64,000 nucleotides of DNA, from NCBI RefSeq assembly GCF_001194135.2, contig NC_068992.1, positions 65,252,970 through 65,316,969 on the forward strand, read 5' to 3'. The DNA is from Octopus bimaculoides (taxonomy: Eukaryota). Of the stretch, positions 49,344 to 62,968 are shown piece after piece (the stretch's first letter is position 1; each line of letters starts with the position of its first letter). The notes beneath the pieces were generated by a model. The model did no database searches, had not been told where the DNA came from, and saw only the letters and a list, made by a program, of their open reading frames with translations. Position numbers and translations under genes: made by a program.

Positions 49344-49413
<70 letters not shown>

Positions 49414-50683
49414 ATTGTGTATGTGTGTATGCACATATATATAAATACATGCACACCCGTTCACACTCACTTATCTACATATTAACACATATAGGGAAAC
49501 ATCGCAGAAAATTACAGCTCAAACGAACCCCCTCAACTTACAAATAATGTCTCAAAATTCCCAGCAACATTTGAATTTCCTTTTTGATGACAATAAAAGG
49601 AAATGTAAATTTTTATTTGTAAATTTTTATTTGTTTTAGCAGCGAATAATTGTTACTGCTTAATGAGTTTTGTTCAGTGATTAGTTAAAGCCTTTGTTAG
49701 AAAAAATATAATCTAATTGCAGAAATGAAGGGAAATTAGTCTTTCCTTGTTTACTATATTTGATATTACTTTCTTTTCAGCCCTAAGCCCATGATTGTAA
49801 CAAAACATCTCCTTTTATGTTTTGTTCAACAGTAGAAACGAATTTACAGTAGAAACATGTTGAGAAAGGGATAACGTTCGAAACGTCATAACGTGCAAGA
49901 AAATTGTAACCTGAGTTCTTCGTTTTCAGTGATATCTATTAACGACTGACCTTTGTTCAGGTATGAAGTAAAAGGTTAACCCTTGAACTCGTATTTTCCA
50001 CGAGGAAAAATATCTGTTGACATGAGAAGGTTCTTTTCCTCGCTGTTTTTTTTTTCCTGCCTTCATTTAAAGATATTCACCGCGCTTCACCTTAATGTTA
50101 ACAGCTATTTTTCATTGAGTAAGCGATTTTTACAGAAAATGCATCTGAAATAGAAAAGAAATATAAGGCGTTCTTTTACATACACTAAATAGTTGCCAGA
50201 GGGTAACTGAATATTACAATTAGTGAATTTAAGTTTATTTTACATTAAAGTAATTAACTCCCAGGCATATGTTCTATTACCACGTTAAGCCCATGGCAAA
50301 TATAAGCTACACAAAAGTTTAAAATACTTCAATATTTAAAAGTTGGAAACTATTCTAGAGCTATTTTCTTATCATTTTAATTTTTTTCTGTGAAATAAAA
50401 ATTTTAAATTAAACAATTCAAATAAAAGATTTCTTCATAATATTCGTGATGTTTAATACATTTTAAAATGTGTTTTATTTTGTAAGATATTACACTTTCT
50501 CACATGTTCTGCTTCTATCAAATTTTCCGTTCATTCCATAATGTTATTAGAGCAATCACACATATATACACTCATACAATGATATAAATATTTCTATCTC
50601 TCGCTATCCTCCTGTATACCCTCCTCTCTCTCTTTCGCTATCTCTCGCTTTCTCTCTCTCTCTCTCTATCACATTCTACTTAC

Positions 50684-50737
<54 letters not shown>

Positions 50738-51342
50738 GCCTATATCAATTTACAACTATGAATTTGCATAAGAATGAAGGAGTCTATCCATATATGTATA
50801 CACCTATAAATGTACATAGACCTATCTACGCATACATACTCTCACACACAGATATATCCAATGGGTGAAAAGAGGCGATTGGAGAAGACATTTGTGTTGT
50901 ACACATCATTACGTCATTAACAAATATATCACAGAATTTTTGAAGCAAATGTAAACGATCAAACATGGGCTATACTATTTCTTTGCGAAACGGAGAAATA
51001 TGGCTATGTTTGTATATATTTATAAATGGCACGGCTGCTATAATGTCATAGACACGCGTCTGCCACACTTTTGTGTATGTATACATACATACACACAGAG
51101 ACACACAGACACAGATACACACAGATACACACATATACATACATATATGTATATATATATACATTTATATGCAAGTTTGAGGAAGCAGTATCCCTGGGTT
51201 TAACCAAATATATTGACAGAAAGTTACTCAATATATATATATCGTTAGATATGTAATGGTATTTACAAGCTAAACATTGAAGGAAGGACATGTAAATGTA
51301 TACACACACACAAACACACATATATATTATGCATATACACAC

Positions 51343-51384
<42 letters not shown>

Positions 51385-51605
51385 NNNNNNNNNNNNNNNN
51401 NNNNNNNNNNNNNNNNNNNNNNNNNNNNNNNNNNNNNNNNNNNNNNNNNNNNNNNNNNNNNNNNNNNNNNNNNNNNNNNNNNNNNNNNNNNNNNNNNNNN
51501 NNNNNNNNNNNNNNNNNNNNNNNNNNNNNNNNNNNNNNNNNNNNNNNNNNNNNNNNNNNNNNNNNNNNNNNNNNNNNNNNNNNNNNNNNNNNNNNNNNNN
51601 NNNNN

Positions 51606-51660
<55 letters not shown>

Positions 51661-52272
51661 TATATGGACTTTTAGATCGATTGATCGATAGATACATAGA
51701 TGTGTACATGTATACAAACATACATGCCCACATACACACAGGTATACATACACATACATATATACACACATACATACGCACGTACATAAATACACACATT
51801 CATGCATACATACATACACATACATACACACATGCATAAAAACATAATACATACATACATACATATAATATGAGGGGCAGGGGTTGCAAGTGTCGTTACC
51901 TCTGACATTTTCCCCTACATATGGCCATGTCACACCAATGTCATAAATAAGGGGTTGAAACGACAGCAAATATATCAATCATATAATCAATGCTGCCACT
52001 AATTTGTAGCTTTGTGACAATGCAATTAGTCATTAGGGCTCATTTGAATAATGGCTGATGCTTCAATACAGAAATTTAACAAAGAATTGATTGTGTACGA
52101 GGTGAAATATTTCGTAGATATTACAGTCCGTCTTTCATTTTAAATTCTCTGATAAAATTCAGAGCATGTGCATTCGACACTCCTTGATCACGTGTCAAGT
52201 TATCGACACTCAGGTCAATTGATATTCGGCATCGATTTCTGATCTTGTAATAATGTAATATACTGTATATAA

Positions 52273-52343
52273 TATCCTTTCTACTATAGGCACAAGGCCT
52301 GAAATTTGTGGGAAGTGGTAAGTGGATTACATCGACCCCAGTA
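52273..52343 (-). mobile_element. SINE family A 3' stub
   Basis: ATATCCTTTCTACTATAGGCACAAGGCCTGAAATTTG...GATTACATCGACCCCAGTAC. Confidence 0.8.
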
Positions 52344-53937
52344 CGTAGGGTAAGAAGCTTGCTTCCCTATCAGATAAATGAATAAAAGAATATATATGTA
52401 TATATGAGGTAAAGCAATAAGGATCTGAAATGCCGCCAAGGGCCTCATTACTACTCCGATACAATACAGATCTAGCTACACATATCGAATGATAGGAAAT
52501 AATCGAGAGAATTGTTGGAGACAAGCAATTACACTTTACTTCATTCGATAGGTAAAAATTCACTACATTGGTTTTTCAAGACATCATTAAAAAGAATGGG
52601 GAGTTATACATCTTCAAATCTTTTCTACTGTACTAATGACAATAATACTGTAATAAAGAAATTTTGGAGTTCTAGCATTCTCTATTATTTTCTATGTATT
52701 GTATATGTATGTTTGTATTCATACATACAAACATACATACATATGTCGCATGTAATTTTAAACGAATGCTCTTCAATTTCTGACACTAAACAAGTTATTA
52801 GCTGTTGTCTTTGAACGTTGGACCCTTGACTTTCTTAGGTGCCATCCTCTCCCATTTGCGTTCAAATTCCATATAATTGAAATGGACGCCTAATTATACA
52901 TGAAATAAATATATAAATATTGGAAGATGGCATATATNNNNNNNNNNNNNNNNNNNNNNNNNNNNNNNNNNNNNNNNNNNNNNNNNNNNNNNNNNNNNNN
53001 NNNNNNNNNNNNNNNNNNNNNNNNNNNNNNNNNNNNNNNNNNNNNNNNNNNNNNNNNNNNNNNNNNNNNNNNNNNNNNNNNNNNNNNNNNNNNNNNNNNN
53101 NNNNNNNNNNNNNNNNNNNNNNNNNNNNNNNNNNNNNNNNNNNNNNNNNNNNNNNNNNNNNNNNNNNNNNNNNNNNNNNNNNNNNNNNNNNNNNNNNNNN
53201 NNNNNNNNNNNNNNNNNNNNNNNNNNNNNNNNNNNNNNNNNNNNNNNNNNNNNNNNNNNNNNNNNNNNNNNNNNNNNNNNNNNNNNNNNNNNNNNNNNNN
53301 NNNNNNNNNNNNNNNNNNNNNNNNNNNNNNNNNNNNNNNNNNNNNNNNNNNNNNNNNNNNNNNNNNNNNNNNNNNNNNNNNNNNNNNNNNNNNNNNNNNN
53401 NNNNNNNNNNNNNNNNNNNNNNNNNNNNNNNNNNNNNNNNNNNNNNNNNNNNNNNNNNNNNNNNNNNNNNNNNNNNNNNNNNNNNNNNNNNNNNNNNNNN
53501 NNNNNNNNNNNNNNNNNNNNNNNNNNNNNNNNNNNNNNNNNNNNNNNNNNNNNNNNNNNNNNNNNNNNNNNNNNNNNNNNNNNNNNNNNNNNNNNNNNNN
53601 NNNNNNNNNNNNNNNNNNNNNNNNNNNNNNNNNNNNNNNNNNNNNNNNNNNNNNNNNNNNNNNNNNNNNNNNNNNNNNNNNNNNNNNNNNNNNNNNNNNN
53701 NNNNNNNNNNNNNNNNNNNNNNNNNNNNNNNNNNNNNNNNNNNNNNNNNNNNNNNNNNNNNNNNNNNNNNNNNNNNNNNNNNNNNNNNNNNNNNNNNNNN
53801 NNNNNNNNNNNNNNNNNNNNNNNNNNNNNNNNNNNNNNNNNNNNNNNNNNNNNNNNNNNNNNNNNNNNNNNNNNNNNNNNNNNNNNNNNNNNNNNNNNNN
53901 NNNNNNNNNNNNNNNNNNNNNNNNNNNNNNNNNNNNA

Positions 53938-54470
<533 letters not shown>

Positions 54471-55149
54471 GTGTGCCTAATGAAGTCAAGCTAAACGTGC
54501 AATAGAGTTAATTACAATAAATAAATCAAATAGATATAATTAGCTAAAACTAAATACTTTACATCACGACGTATGTTAGTTAATATTGTTTTGTTGAAGA
54601 AGTCGAGCTGCAGGTGTGGAAAGAAAGAAATCAAAATTGGAAACTTTAAAACCGAACCTGTTCGGAAACAAAATGTATCGGTGATTTAATCGGCTTAGCA
54701 GGGATAGAGCTACAATGTGGGAGACCCCCGAATAGGGGCAATAATCTGAAAGTCTTTTAAAAGAAATATTTATTCAACAGGTGAAAAAATAAACCTGGAG
54801 AATGCAAAGATATTTGAAGAATAAGAAAAGAAACAAAATGAAGGTATTCCAACTGAATTAAGATGGTTTTACGAATATAAGAGACGCATTTAGAAGAATT
54901 TGAATAATAAACCATTACCTGTGGAGGGAATCCCCAGGGTGAAGTAAATGTTGTAGCAGTTTGAAGTGAAACATAACATGTGGAAAGAACCGATGAGGAA
55001 TTTGTTAGGAACTGGCTCTCCGTCGCTTACGACAACGCGCAATCCAGTTATAACAACCAATGCAACATTCTGCTAGTGAAATTAACATGCATGTGGCTGA
55101 GCACTCCGCAGATACGACTACCCTTAATATAGATCTTAGGAAGAATCAG

Positions 55150-55325
55150 CGTGACACAGAATTCGCCGAGATCGCTCCTTCGAAATAAAGGTACAGCTCC
55201 CTTTTTTGCCAGCTCAGCCAAAAGGAGCAAAATGCGAAATGAATTGTCTTAGCGAAAGATAGAAGGTGCCTCTGGGAATCCAACTCATGACTTTACGATC
55301 GTATACCAAATAGCGTAACCAATAG
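55150..55325 (-). mobile_element. SINE family C, degenerate
   Basis: CCTTCGAAATAAAGGTACAGCTCCCTTTTTTGCCAGCTCAG...GGAGCAAAATGCGAAATGAATTGTCTT...GGGAATCCAACTCATGACTTTACGATC...TAACCA. Confidence 0.55.
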
Positions 55326-55327
55326 TT

Positions 55328-55515
55328 GCAGGAGTGACTGTGTGGTAAGTAGCTTGCTACCAACCACATGGTTCCGGGTTCAGTCCCACTGCGTCATACC
55401 TGGGGCAAGTGTCTTCTACTAAACCTCGGGCCGACCGAAGCCTTGTGAGTGGATTTGGTAGACGGAAACTGATAGAAGCCCGTTGCAAAAGTCACCGGTA
55501 GAATAAGTACTAAGC
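55328..55515 (+). mobile_element. SINE family B 5' half plus deleted body (family A head stub on the minus strand follows at 55516-55563)
   Basis: GCAGGAGTGACTGTGTGGTAAGTAGCTTGCTACCAACCACATGGTTCCGGGTTCAGTCCCACTGCGTCATACCTGGGGCAAGTGTCTT (A box, B box, CORE-like). Confidence 0.9.
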
Positions 55516-55742
55516 TAAGCATTTGTCTTGGCTTCCTAGTGATTCTGCCAGCTCACTGCCTTACCATGATACATTTATTGATTAAATAGATATGATGTAT
55601 CTCTATTGCATAGTGCATATGCTGGCAGAAATACCTACCGAAATGTTGCATGATATTTTGTGACAATGAAACCCTTAACATATCATCAGTAACGTAATGC
55701 ACCAACGAGTGGCCGAGAAAATATTCAATACATAAATTAGTC

Positions 55743-55958
55743 AAAGCGGTGAACTAGCAGACACGTTAGCACGCCGGGTGAAATGCTTAGCGGTATTTCG
55801 TCTGTCTTTACGTTCTGAGTTCAAATTTCGCCGAGGTTGGCTTCCCCTTTCATCCTTTCGGGGTCGATAAATTTAGTACCAGTTGCGTACTGTGGTCGAT
55901 CTGATCGACTGGCCCCCTCCTCCAAAATTTCGGGCCTTGTGCCTAGAGTAGAAAAGAA
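55743..55958 (+). mobile_element. SINE family A, full length with degenerate TSD
   Basis: Complete head, body and tail. Flanks AATACATAAATTAGTC (55727-55742) and AAGATATAAATTAGCC (55957-55972) are 13/16 identical. Confidence 0.92.
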
Positions 55959-56807
55959 GATATAAATTAGCCTCTCTCTTTTACCTGAGTCATTAATATC
56001 AATGTTTGATAGGAGAATTTTTGTGGATAGTTAAGCAAGGTGCGCAGCTGCTTACGAAACCCCAAGAAGAATTTTCTGTCTATGAGAATATTGTATATAA
56101 AAATAAAGTTTACACTGGTCGTACCATATGGTGTTAGCTAAACATTCCAGAGATATGTTCTACGGCACATTGTGGTAACGAAAAGGGACACTGTTAACAA
56201 AAGAGAAATTTATTTTCCAAAACGAAATATAACGTAGAAAAAGTAATGTCGCCAACAAACAAAGACAAAATAACCGAAAGATCGTAGAGGAGAACAAGGA
56301 AAATATTAACATATTAGTGAATTACAGAGCAATCCCCAGGAGACGGGAAATTAGCTGCATCATCAACACTTGCGCACCGAAAACCGAAAAACGTAGTGCA
56401 GCATAACACCTCAGGAGTACAGCGGTGCACCAGGTGGTGCAATGAAGAAAATAAAACTCGAGAGAGACTTCTGAGAAGACTCGCAATAAAGCGAAATAGA
56501 ATTAAACAAATCTAAATTAATCTTCATAATAACAGTAATTATATTAATAATAACGGTGAATAATAATGAAAAATAATTAATACTGCGAGTACCGTTATCC
56601 TTGCTAATTTATATTGTAACAAGTTTAATAACAGAGTAAAACTTGCATGTAACTATTGCAAAGTCACGCCACACAGCTATGATAATGTAAAAAAAAAAGT
56701 ATCATTGATGATAATACTAGTAATTAATAAAATTAATAATATTGACACGAAGAAAGAGAAAATCTTTTTCAAAAATTACTATTACAAGTAATATTGTTAC
56801 CAATAGA

Positions 56808-56808
<1 letters not shown>

Positions 56809-56862
<54 letters not shown>

Positions 56863-56910
56863 GTTGTTGTTGTTGTTGTTGTTGTTGTCGTTGTTGATGA
56901 TGTTATTATT
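56809..56910. repeat. (TTA)n(TTG)n compound microsatellite
   Basis: Direct reading; abuts the 5' end of a SINE A copy. Confidence 0.95.
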
Positions 56911-57125
56911 AAGCCGGCGTGCTAGCAGAATCGTTAGCATGCTGGACGAAATGTCGCCCGTTGCTACGTTCTGAGTTCGAATTCCAACTGGGTCGACTCT
57001 TTCCCCTTCATCCTTTCGGAGTCGATAAATTAAGTATCAGTGAAACACTGGGGACGCTGTAATCAACTAGACCCCTCCCCGAAAATGTTCAAAGCCTTTT
57101 GCCTTGTGAAGAAATAATAATAACT
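56911..57125 (+). mobile_element. SINE family A, full length, sitting in a TTA/TTG repeat
   Basis: AAGCCGGCGTGCTAGCAGAATCGTTAGC...GAGTTCGAATTCC...TTCATCCTTTCGGAGTCGATAAATTAAGTATCAG...GAAGAAATAATAAT; TTG-type repeats on both sides. Confidence 0.85.
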
Positions 57126-58988
57126 ATTGTTGCTGTTGTTGTTGTGACAATCATTTTTTGAATAGTAGTAATATTTGAATGGGAGCTTAATGTAATCACG
57201 TGATGAAATATCATGTACGCCGTCCTGATAATCATCATTATCGTCCTCCTTTTCCTCTTCCTTCTCCTCTGCTCGTCTCCTCCTTCTCCTCCACCCTCCA
57301 CCCCTCCACCCCTCCTCCTCCTTCTCATCATCACCAATCTTGATTTAAATATTAATGGTTTGAAGGAAATTCAATGTATCGGACGAATTCCTTTTTGTGC
57401 TGTCGTTTTTAGTACAAACCCCAGAGAGGCTAATTTACAATTTATTTCTCTCAAACACCGACTTTTAACCAAAAATGCATGAAATTTACCGGTAATGAAT
57501 GGTTATNNNNNNNNNNNNNNNNNNNNNNNNNNNNNNNNNNNNNNNNNNNNNNNNNNNNNNNNNNNNNNNNNNNNNNNNNNNNNNNNNNNNNNNNNNNNNN
57601 NNNNNNNNNNNNNNNNNNNNNNNNNNNNNNNNNNNNNNNNNNNNNNNNNNNNNNNNNNNNNNNNNNNNNNNNNNNNNNNNNNNNNNNNNNNNNNNNNNNN
57701 NNNNNNNNNNNNNNNNNNNNNNNNNNNNNNNNNNNNNNNNNNNNNNNNNNNNNNNNNNNNNNNNNNNNNNNNNNNNNNNNNNNNNNNNNNNNNNNNNNNN
57801 NNNNNNNNNNNNNNNNNNNNNNNNNNNATATATATATATATATATATATTCGTGTGTGTGTGTGTATTTGTGCGTGTGTTATTGAGCGTGTATTTTTGGG
57901 TTTCCATGCTTTAAATATAGATAAAAGTATGCTGTAGGAATCCTCAAATATTTGCAAGTTAGATCTAACTACATAACAAGTTCTCGAAAATATTGATAAC
58001 CGACATATTTACCAAAATGTCGAGCCTCATGAGACGTTGTAGTTATATATGATATTTACATGTCAAAATAAAATATGTCCTCTTCAAATAACGCCTAAGT
58101 GAGGTCATTATTTTTAATCATCTCAATGTAGATTACTTTGCTTCAGGAGCTATTCTGACTGTATGTGTGACTCCGTGTGTGTGTGTGTGTGTTGACGTAG
58201 ACACAAATTGGTTATTTTTCGATATTCAAAACCGAATCTGGGAGAAATATGTTGATAGGCAATTAGCAAAAAGGCACGTCTAAAATTAATTTGAGCCGAT
58301 CAAGCATCATCTACGCATGCGCAAATACCTCAGTTTTATATATATATAAGTATCCAAGTGTGTGGTTGTTTAGTACAGGAAAGGCGAGGCTGACCATTTC
58401 AAGCTAAAGTAATTCTCCTTTAATTTGTCCTCTTTTGAGAGCAGAGTACGGTTTGAGGTAAATTTGCCTCTAATATTTACAGATTGTAGGACCCATATCA
58501 TAACAGAGTTGACAGGAAATGAAGATTTAATGGATGATCGTAGTTAGTTGCATATCTTTAATACTGCTACCATCTTTGTAGAGCTTTCGTGATGGTGCTG
58601 CAATAAACATTGCGATAGTTATTTGTATGAAAACATACGCACACACACACACACACACAAACACAATGTATATATATGTTTATTACTGTACCCAGTGACT
58701 CGACTGCAGTAATGACGTATGATAGTTCAAGTGATAGGTGGGTTATCCAATGTAATTGAACTTGATGGCTAAAATGTAAAATGTATTTGTCTAATGTCCA
58801 ACCATTATGTCATACTTGATTTATGCATTAAATTTTAAGCTTTAAATTAAAATTTTTATGACGAAATTTTATCGCAAAATTTCAAACAGTTTCCTTTTCA
58901 TGCCTCACAATAAATATTCAGTCTTAATCTGGTTCGCCATTGCCTACTAAATAGACACACACGCACACTCACACACACACACATACGT

Positions 58989-59183
58989 ATTCTTTTACTT
59001 CTTTCAGTCACTTGACCGCAGCCATGCTGGAGCCGAAATTTATGGGGAGGGGGCCAGTCGATGGATGAAAGGATGAAAAGCAAAGTTGCCCTCGGCGGAA
59101 TTCGAACTCAGAACGTAAAGATAGACGAAATAACGATAAGCATTTCGCCCGGCGTGCTAACGTTTCTGCCAGCTCCTCACCTT
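58989..59183 (-). mobile_element. Abutting SINEs: family A (59035-59183) followed by a family B tail (58989-59033)
   Basis: Family A head and deleted body run directly into the reverse complement of CTCCAGCATGGCTGCGGTCAAGTGACTGAAAGAAGTAAAAGAAT. Confidence 0.8.
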
Positions 59184-59699
59184 GATGTGTAATGAATATT
59201 ACATGAATACGTCCAAATATTTAGTCATATAGTGTGGAAAAGGAAATAAATAGTATATATATATGAATGATTATATACCTAGCCCTCTATATATACGTGT
59301 ATGTATATGTGTGTATAAGTATATATATATAATTGTGTGTGAGTGTGTGCGCGCCTGTGTGTATGTGTACATGTGCGTGCATGAGTCTGTGTTTGTGTGT
59401 GTGTGTGTGTGTAAAAATGACTTTATGCATGTGGGAATGTAGCACATTGTTGTATTAACACATCCATGTAACGAGCGAATCTGCACTCCCTGACTATGAA
59501 CAGTGTCTAAAAGATGTTTTAATGAAAATTGAGGCTTATTTCGATCTTCATTTGTTTGTGTGTGTATGCGTATGTATTTACACGCCCACACAAACACACA
59601 CACATAAGTATATACATACATGTGTTTGATGGTGTACATATATATCTATATATGTATGCGAACAAGTTTATGTTAATATTATAGAAAATTGTGCATATC

Positions 59700-59733
<34 letters not shown>

Positions 59734-60553
59734 NNNNNNNNNNNNNNNNNNNNNNNNNNNNNNNNNNNNNNNNNNNNNNNNNNNNNNNNNNNNNNNNNNN
59801 NNNNNNNNNNNNNNNNNNNNNNNNNNNNNNNNNNNNNNNNNNNNNNNNNNNNNNNNNNNNNNNNNNNNNNNNNNNNNNNNNNNNNNNNNNNNNNNNNNNN
59901 NNNNNNNNNNNNNNNNNNNNNNNNNNNNNNNNNNNNNNNNNNNNNNNNNNNNNNNNNNNNNNNNNNNNNNNNNNNNNNNNNNNNNNNNNNNNNNNNNNNN
60001 NNNNNNNNNNNNNNNNNNNNNNNNNNNNNNNNNNNNNNNNNNNNNNNNNNNNNNNNNNNNNNNNNNNNNNNNNNNNNNNNNNNNNNNNNNNNNNNNNNNN
60101 NNNNNNNNNNNNNNNNNNNNNNNNNNNNNNNNNNNNNNNNNNNNNNNNNNNNNNNNNNNNNNNNNNNNNNNNNNNNNNNNNNNNNNNNNNNNNNNNNNNN
60201 NNNNNNNNNNNNNNNNNNNNNNNNNNNNNNNNNNNNNNNNNNNNNNNNNNNNNNNNNNNNNNNNNNNNNNNNNNNNNNNNNNNNNNNNNNNNNNNNNNNN
60301 NNNNNNNNNNNNNNNNNNNNNNNNNNNNNNNNNNNNNNNNNNNNNNNNNNNNNNNNNNNNNNNNNNNNNNNNNNNNNNNNNNNNNNNNNNNNNNNNNNNN
60401 NNNNNNNNNNNNNNNNNNNNNNNNNNNNNNNNNNNNNNNNNNNNNNNNNNNNNNNNNNATATATATACACTTATCAACGCGTGTGTGCATGACTTTTGCT
60501 TTTCTCCGTCACCGCTTGGGGAAAAAACAGAAAAGCTATAGAATATGTACCAA

Positions 60554-60606
<53 letters not shown>

Positions 60607-60699
60607 TAAACGATGCACCGTAACCTATATGCATCTGCCCAGTGTCTTTATGGACCGACAGAAAAATCGTGGATGAACTAAGACATACACGCACTAACA

Positions 60700-61210
60700 T
60701 ATATATTCACATACAAAAATACACGCACAGTCACAGACGCACACGCAAGCATGCACACGCGCGTAAACGCGGATTCATGCAACAGTAACACATGCCGCGC
60801 CCACAAGAAATTGTGCAAGGTTGCTGTGTATGTATGCATGCTCGTCTGCACCGCAGCTGACGTGCAACAAAGATACGCTTCCTATAGCGTGTGAGTGTGA
60901 AGGAGTGCGTGCACGCTCGCGATATACGCCGCACCAATACTGCAAAACTTTTAAAAAGATGGACACACACACACACACACGCAAACACACACACACGCAA
61001 ACACACAAACGCGCACACACATTCACGCACGTACACACATACCTACATATATAAATACACACATACGTATTAACACAGACACTCGCACACACCTGACATG
61101 CATAAAATGTGAGAAAACAAGCACACGCCTGCATTCAAAGACACACATATACACGCTGTTAATTTCTACACGCTCTGCGTGTAATGACGCAAATATGCGC
61201 GTGCACACAT
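60700..61210. repeat. Degenerate alternating purine-pyrimidine (CA/CG-rich) low-complexity region
   Basis: Direct reading. Confidence 0.75.
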
Positions 61211-61379
61211 GCAACAAAGCGATACGAATTTTAAATAGCTAACGAACAGTTCTGTTGGATATAAAGCTTAGCTAGCCTCGTACGGTATGTGGTTTCGAAA
61301 TCTTGTTAAGTTAGTTGTTTTTATATTTAATTTTCTTGTTCTGATGTAGCTTTGATTTCGTCTTCACTTATTTGGAAAA

Positions 61380-61990
61380 TGGGCGTAGCTGTGTTCCAAG
61401 ATGTTTATTTCCTAACCACATGGTTCCAGGTTCAATCCCTCTGCGTGGCACGGTGGTGTCTCCATTAGGAGCCTTGTGAGTGGTTTTGGTAGACGGAAAC
61501 TGACAAAAGCTTGTCATGTGTGTGTATGTGTGTGTATATATATACATACATACATACATACACATATATATGTGCTTGTGTGTATGTTTATCATATCTAT
61601 CTATCAATCAATTTTATATATAAAATGTGTGTGTGTATATATACACACACACACATATTTTTTGTATGAGTGTATGTATGTATGTATGTATGTATGTGTA
61701 TGTGTGTGTGTGTGAACCTAAGTGTGTGTATCTGTGTGTCTTTGCGTCTCCGTTTGTCCCCCACTTCTCTTTGATAATCGTTGTTGGTGTGTTTACGTCC
61801 TAGTAACTTAGCGGTTCAACACAGAAACCGATAGAATAAGTATCCGATTTAAAAAGAAATAAGTAGTGAGGTTGATTTTCTCATTCAATAAATGTCAAGG
61901 CGGTACTCCAGCATGGCCACACTGTTCCAGCACGGCCGCACAGCGCCAGCACGGCCGCACTGCTCCAGCACGGCCGTAGTCTAACGAGTA
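61380..61990 (+). mobile_element. SINE family B, full length with about 225-bp internal microsatellite and tandemly expanded tail
   Basis: Head GGGCGTAGCTGTG...CACATGGTTCCAGGTTCAATCCC, GGTAGACGGAAACTGA, microsatellite at about 61515-61740, GTTTGTCCCCCAC...AACTTAGCGGTTC...GATAGAATAAGTA, tail GGCGGTACTCCAGCATGGCC. Confidence 0.88.
61904..61979 (+). repeat. 4 x 19-bp minisatellite derived from the SINE B tail motif
   Basis: TACTCCAGCATGGCCACAC / TGTTCCAGCACGGCCGCAC / AGCGCCAGCACGGCCGCAC / TGCTCCAGCACGGCCGTAG. Confidence 0.9.
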
Positions 61991-62074
61991 CAGGATGAAA
62001 CATCTTCCATACATGACCGTCTAGTCTTACAATCAATCATAATGCTTTTAGAGAGTCAATTCAATTTATCTTGA

Positions 62075-62160
62075 GGATTATTTGGCTGTTATTTCTACGA
62101 GGTCGAGCACCTGATGAATGTTGAGTACTATTTGACTGCTATTTCTAGGAAGTCGAACAC
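62075..62160 (-). repeat. Family D motif in two direct copies
   Basis: TATTTGGCTGTTATTTCTACGAGGTCGAGCAC and TATTTGACTGCTATTTCTAGGAAGTCGAACAC, about 50 bp apart. Confidence 0.6.
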
Positions 62161-62180
62161 ATGAAGACCGTCTTATTTCC

Positions 62181-62705
62181 TTGCACACACAGATAAAGAT
62201 TATGGATCACCCTAACATACGCGCACGCGATGCACAGTTACAACACACACAGACACACGCATGCACACGACCGCGCGCATACACGAATGACACACACCTA
62301 CGCACACACAAATGGAAACGCGCACATACATGTCCGCACACATCAACGCACGCATTAACACGCACACAAATGCGTACATATGCACACGAGCACGCACGCA
62401 CGCACACACACAGGTACACACATACACACACATGCACGAACGCGCACGAACACACACACATGCACACACAGACATACATAGGCATACACACTTACACAAA
62501 CAAACATTCACATGCACACATGTATGGACACACGTAGCGCACGCAGGCACACACACTCATAACATACGCCCACGCTCGCGCACAGATACACAGAAACGTA
62601 CACACACATGCTTACACGTACACGCACACACATGCAAATACACATACATACACATGCACACGCCTACAGACAAGCGTACACACTACGATACACACACACA
62701 CGCGT
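62181..62705. repeat. Long degenerate (CA/CG/TA) alternating purine-pyrimidine tract
   Basis: About 520 bp of interrupted RY alternation. Confidence 0.85.
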
Positions 62706-62766
62706 TTTGCCCGTCTGCTTTTCTTAAATGTCGTGTTCCGCTATCTTCTGAATATTCCTAGAACCC

Positions 62767-62968
62767 AAGGCAGAGACGTTACCCCCGTCGGGCGAAATGC
62801 TTGGCGGTATTTCTTCTGTCCTTATGTTCTGAGTTCAAATTCCGCCGATGTCGACTTTGCCTTTCAACCTTTCGGTGTCGATAAATTGAGTACCAGTTGC
62901 TTCCTAGGGTCGATTCGATCGATTGGCCCCTCCCCCAAAATTTCGGGCCTTGTGCCTACAGTAGAAAA
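62767..62968 (+). mobile_element. SINE family A, slightly 5'-shortened, with perfect 17-bp TSD
   Basis: GAATATTCCTAGAACCC at both 62750-62766 and 62969-62985. Confidence 0.93.

Noticed and set aside
49856-49892. Second hammerhead-like string TTGAGAAAGGG...TTCGAAACGTC
   Set aside because: Core CUGANGA is broken at two positions and stem I does not pair; at most a dead relic.
49929-49960. Micro-exon-like segment with good acceptor and CAG|GTATGA donor
   Set aside because: Stops in all three frames and no supporting context; such sites occur by chance in 64 kb.
55328-55400. tRNA gene candidates from A/B boxes
   Set aside because: All are SINE heads continuing into CORE or body sequence; no cloverleaf with an acceptor stem.
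61904-61979. CRISPR-like array
   Set aside because: Contiguous units without unique spacers, eukaryotic context, no cas genes; a SINE-derived minisatellite.
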